From the NCBI RefSeq assembly GCF_009914755.1, contig NC_060938.1: a stretch of 64,000 bases of DNA, one strand, 5' to 3'. The notes beneath the pieces were generated by a model. The model saw only the letters and a program-made list of their open reading frames with translations. It did no database searches and was not told the origin of the DNA. This DNA is from the human T2T-CHM13v2.0 reference genome, Homo sapiens. A program made the translations under genes and the position numbers. Position 1 is the first letter of the stretch. Every line of letters starts with the position of its first letter. Below are positions 60,790-64,000 of the stretch, piece by piece.

Positions 60790-61578
60790 TTGAAGTGAAC
60801 TGTATAAAACGTAAAATTAACCATTTTACAGTGAACAATTTAGTGGCATTAGTATACTCACAATGTTGTACAAATAGCACCTCTATCTAGTTCTAAAACA
60901 TGTTTATCACCCCAAAAATGAAACCTCATACCCATTAAGTATTTACTTCCTATTTCCCCTGCCCCACCCACTGGCAGCCACAAGTCTGTGCTCTGTCTCT
61001 GTGGATTTACCTATTCTGGATGTTTCCTGTAAATGGAATCATATAATATGTGGCCTTTTGTGTCTGGTTTCTTTCACTGAGCCTAATGTTTTTGAGGTTC
61101 ATCCATATTGTAGCATGAATCAGTACCTCATTCCTTTTTATGGTTGAATAGTATTCCATTGTGTGGATATAATATAACTTTATTATCTGTTGCTGGATAT
61201 TTGAGTTGTTTTCCTCTTTTGACTATTGTGAATGGAGCTGCAGTAAACATTTGGGCACATGTATTTGTTTGAGTATCTGTTCTCAGTTCTTCTAGGTATA
61301 TACCTGAGACTGGAATTGCCGGGTCATGTGGTCATTCCACATTTAAGTTTTTGAGGAACAGCCAAACTATTTTCCACAGTGATTTAATCATCTTACATTC
61401 ACACTGGAAATTCAGAATTTTCTAATGTGCTTGCCAATACTTATTTTTCATGTTTTTAACAAATAAAAAAACTTATAGCTATCCTAATGGATGTGAAGTG
61501 GGACCTCATTGTGGTTTTGATTTGTGCTTCCGTAGTGAAGAAGGACGTTGAGCATCTTTTAAGATGTGCTTGTTGGAC
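60790..61578 (-). mobile_element. L1MB-type 3' end
   Basis: Reverse L1MB 3' sequence (ttacctattctggatgtttcctgtaaatggaatcata...); TSD-like aaaacctatt on both sides. Confidence 0.85.
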
Positions 61579-61774
61579 AAAACCTATTGTTTTGAAATCA
61601 GTTATTGCTACTAAATTATTTTTACAATTTTTAAATTTTGATATACTTTTGTAACGTTTTCATCAGTTGCTGAGACACTTATGTCAACATTTCAATCTTT
61701 CAGTCCTTGCATACTGCAGCATCTTTATAATTCTGATGTATTTCCCAGTTACCTGAAGTACATATTCATGTGAT

Positions 61775-62123
<349 letters not shown>

Positions 62124-63499
62124 TTCATGTGATTTTAAAAAGGATTTATGTGTTAGATTTTCTGAGTCCTCGAATATTTTATCTATTATTGTTATCATAC
62201 TTGAATTACAACTTGGTTTGTTACAAAATTTTCGGCTTATAAACATTTTCCTCTTAGTTAAATCATTGAAAATTTTGTTCCTCTTTCTCTCTCATGATAT
62301 TTAAGTTGCAGGGGAGATATTTGAGGCCAACCAGAATTTTGTTTAAGATAAGCTGGTTTATTCTACAGAGAGGTTTGCAGTTCACCCACTACCCCTTGGG
62401 CCTTGTATTGAAAACCTTTACCCAGAGTATGTATATATGAACGTGTATATGTATGAAAATTTTTCTTTTGGCATTTAGGAATGTCTTTCTTTTCCAATCC
62501 CTAATAAAAGTCCAACAGGATATTTGTTAAGTTGACAAGAGATTACCTGGAAGAAGTGATAGGCCGGAATTTCAAAGGAAAGTTAGAAAGTTACAAAATC
62601 TGTCTTTGTATGGATCATGATATGCTCCTTTGATTTGAAACCTTTTTTCTCCTTTGCAAATTAAGGTTTTGTTTTTAAATTTCTATAGTGCTTCTTCAGT
62701 TTTGGCCTTGACTTTTGCTTTTATTTCACTTTTTATTTTTTTCCCTCCCGTCGTGATAGGTGTCACTCAAATGATAGATCTACTTTCTATTCTTCCTAAT
62801 AATCCTCTCATCATTTTCAGTACCTTGTCTTGTCCTTCTGAGGTCTAGAAGAACAGCACAGTGTTGTTCCCCACATTAGTGGTTTAATTTTCTGCACTGC
62901 CCATGATAAGTTTTGCTATGTACTGTGTCCTTTTTGTTTTTCCTATTGCCTATTCGTTTCTTTCCTTACCGTGCCTGGCTCTTTTCATTCACTCAGTTCT
63001 TTGTCTTTGCAACTCTCCTAATGTGATTTCACAGACTATCGGACCAAGAAATGTCAGGGCCAGGGTATAACCCAAGGGTTTCCATGGAACTGGAAATGTG
63101 ACCTCTTGTTGTTTTTTAATTATTTTCAAAGAAAATATATACTAAATATATGAAAAATAACTTAAAGAAGAATGAAAGAGTGTGCCTGTGAAAATCTATA
63201 CTTGGCTACCGAGGGCTTTACTATGAATGTATCACAAGTAAAGAGTCGCAGATGGTTTACAATTTCATGTAGAAGCTGCTATGTCCTTGTTAGAGCATTG
63301 CCTAATATATAAATATAGATTATGCCTCTCAAAAAATAAGATGAAATAATAAGGGAAGATGGGAAATTTCACTTTTTACCTGTTTTTTCTATATTTGTGA
63401 CTAATTTCTTTGCTTACATATGATGTGTATGAGCATCCCAAAACATTGCACAGATACCACAATTTGGTAGTTTGTAAGTAAAGTGGGGGAAGCATGAGC

Positions 63500-63710
63500 T
63501 TCAGAGTGTTATCCAGACAAGGGTTTGCGTAACTGTTCTACCACTTTCCACTTGTGTAAGCTCGACCCCCTTCCCTAAGCTCTGAGCCTGAGTGTCATAC
63601 TCTGTACAAATCCCCATCTTGAGGAAACTCTTGAGGGTTAAATGAGATGACAATCCCTTAGGCCTAGGATGGCACTTGGCACGTGATAGCACTCAACAAT
63701 TATATTTCTT
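63500..63710. mobile_element. MIR
   Basis: ctctgagcctgagtgtcatactctgtacaaat...gggttaaatgagatga...cacttggcacgtgatagcactcaacaa. Confidence 0.7.
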
Positions 63711-63714
63711 ACTC

Positions 63715-63870
63715 AGTATTCATTTATTGAGTCCTGTGAATCAGGCATCATGCTAGGCGCTGGAGGCTCAGTTATGAATAAGACACAATCCCTGCTCTCA
63801 AGGAACTCAGAATTTAGGAGGACATGCAGAAGAGGAAAACAACAACAGTAATATTCTACAATAAAAGACT
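63715..63870. mobile_element. L2 3' end
   Basis: cattcatttattgag-like start...tgctaggcgctggag...gaataagacacaatccctgctctcaagga. Confidence 0.7.
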
Positions 63871-64000
63871 GTTCTGGAGAGGCTGAAGTGGTTTATCTTA
63901 TTCACCTTTGCAGTACAGTGCCTAGCACAGTTTCAGACACCTAAACATGCCTTAGCTGTGGTCAAATTAATGATTTACTCTCTGAATGTTGGGATGCATA

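Overview
Primate (human-like), AT-rich DNA dominated by transposable elements. I found no intact protein-coding gene, RNA gene or CRISPR array. It contains one full-length dead L1PA5-like LINE-1 (+, 5218-11321), a 5'-truncated L1PA4-like LINE-1 in the opposite orientation (28865-31239), a short L1PA 3' end, 13 Alu/FLAM elements, old L1M, L2, MIR, CR1/RTE-type relics, LTR and hAT remnants, and an AT-rich palindromic minisatellite. Most L1 fragments lie on the - strand, which fits (by inference) a large intron of a + strand gene that I cannot name. Most notable observations: (1) the two inverted L1s differ at subfamily-diagnostic sites yet share five non-consensus variants, including the same 1-bp ORF2 deletion, suggesting inter-copy gene conversion or inversion toggling; (2) a ~42-bp imperfect inverted repeat encloses a candidate stop-containing (poison) exon at 46.1-46.6 kb; (3) a ~140-bp duplication with nested Alu/L1 insertions and lopsided divergence; (4) a possible decayed coding sequence at 0.24-2.2 kb; (5) an ancient L2/CR1 reverse-transcriptase relic still in open frame at 51.5 kb. 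Subfamily calls rely on consensus features recalled from memory and need RepeatMasker/Dfam confirmation.
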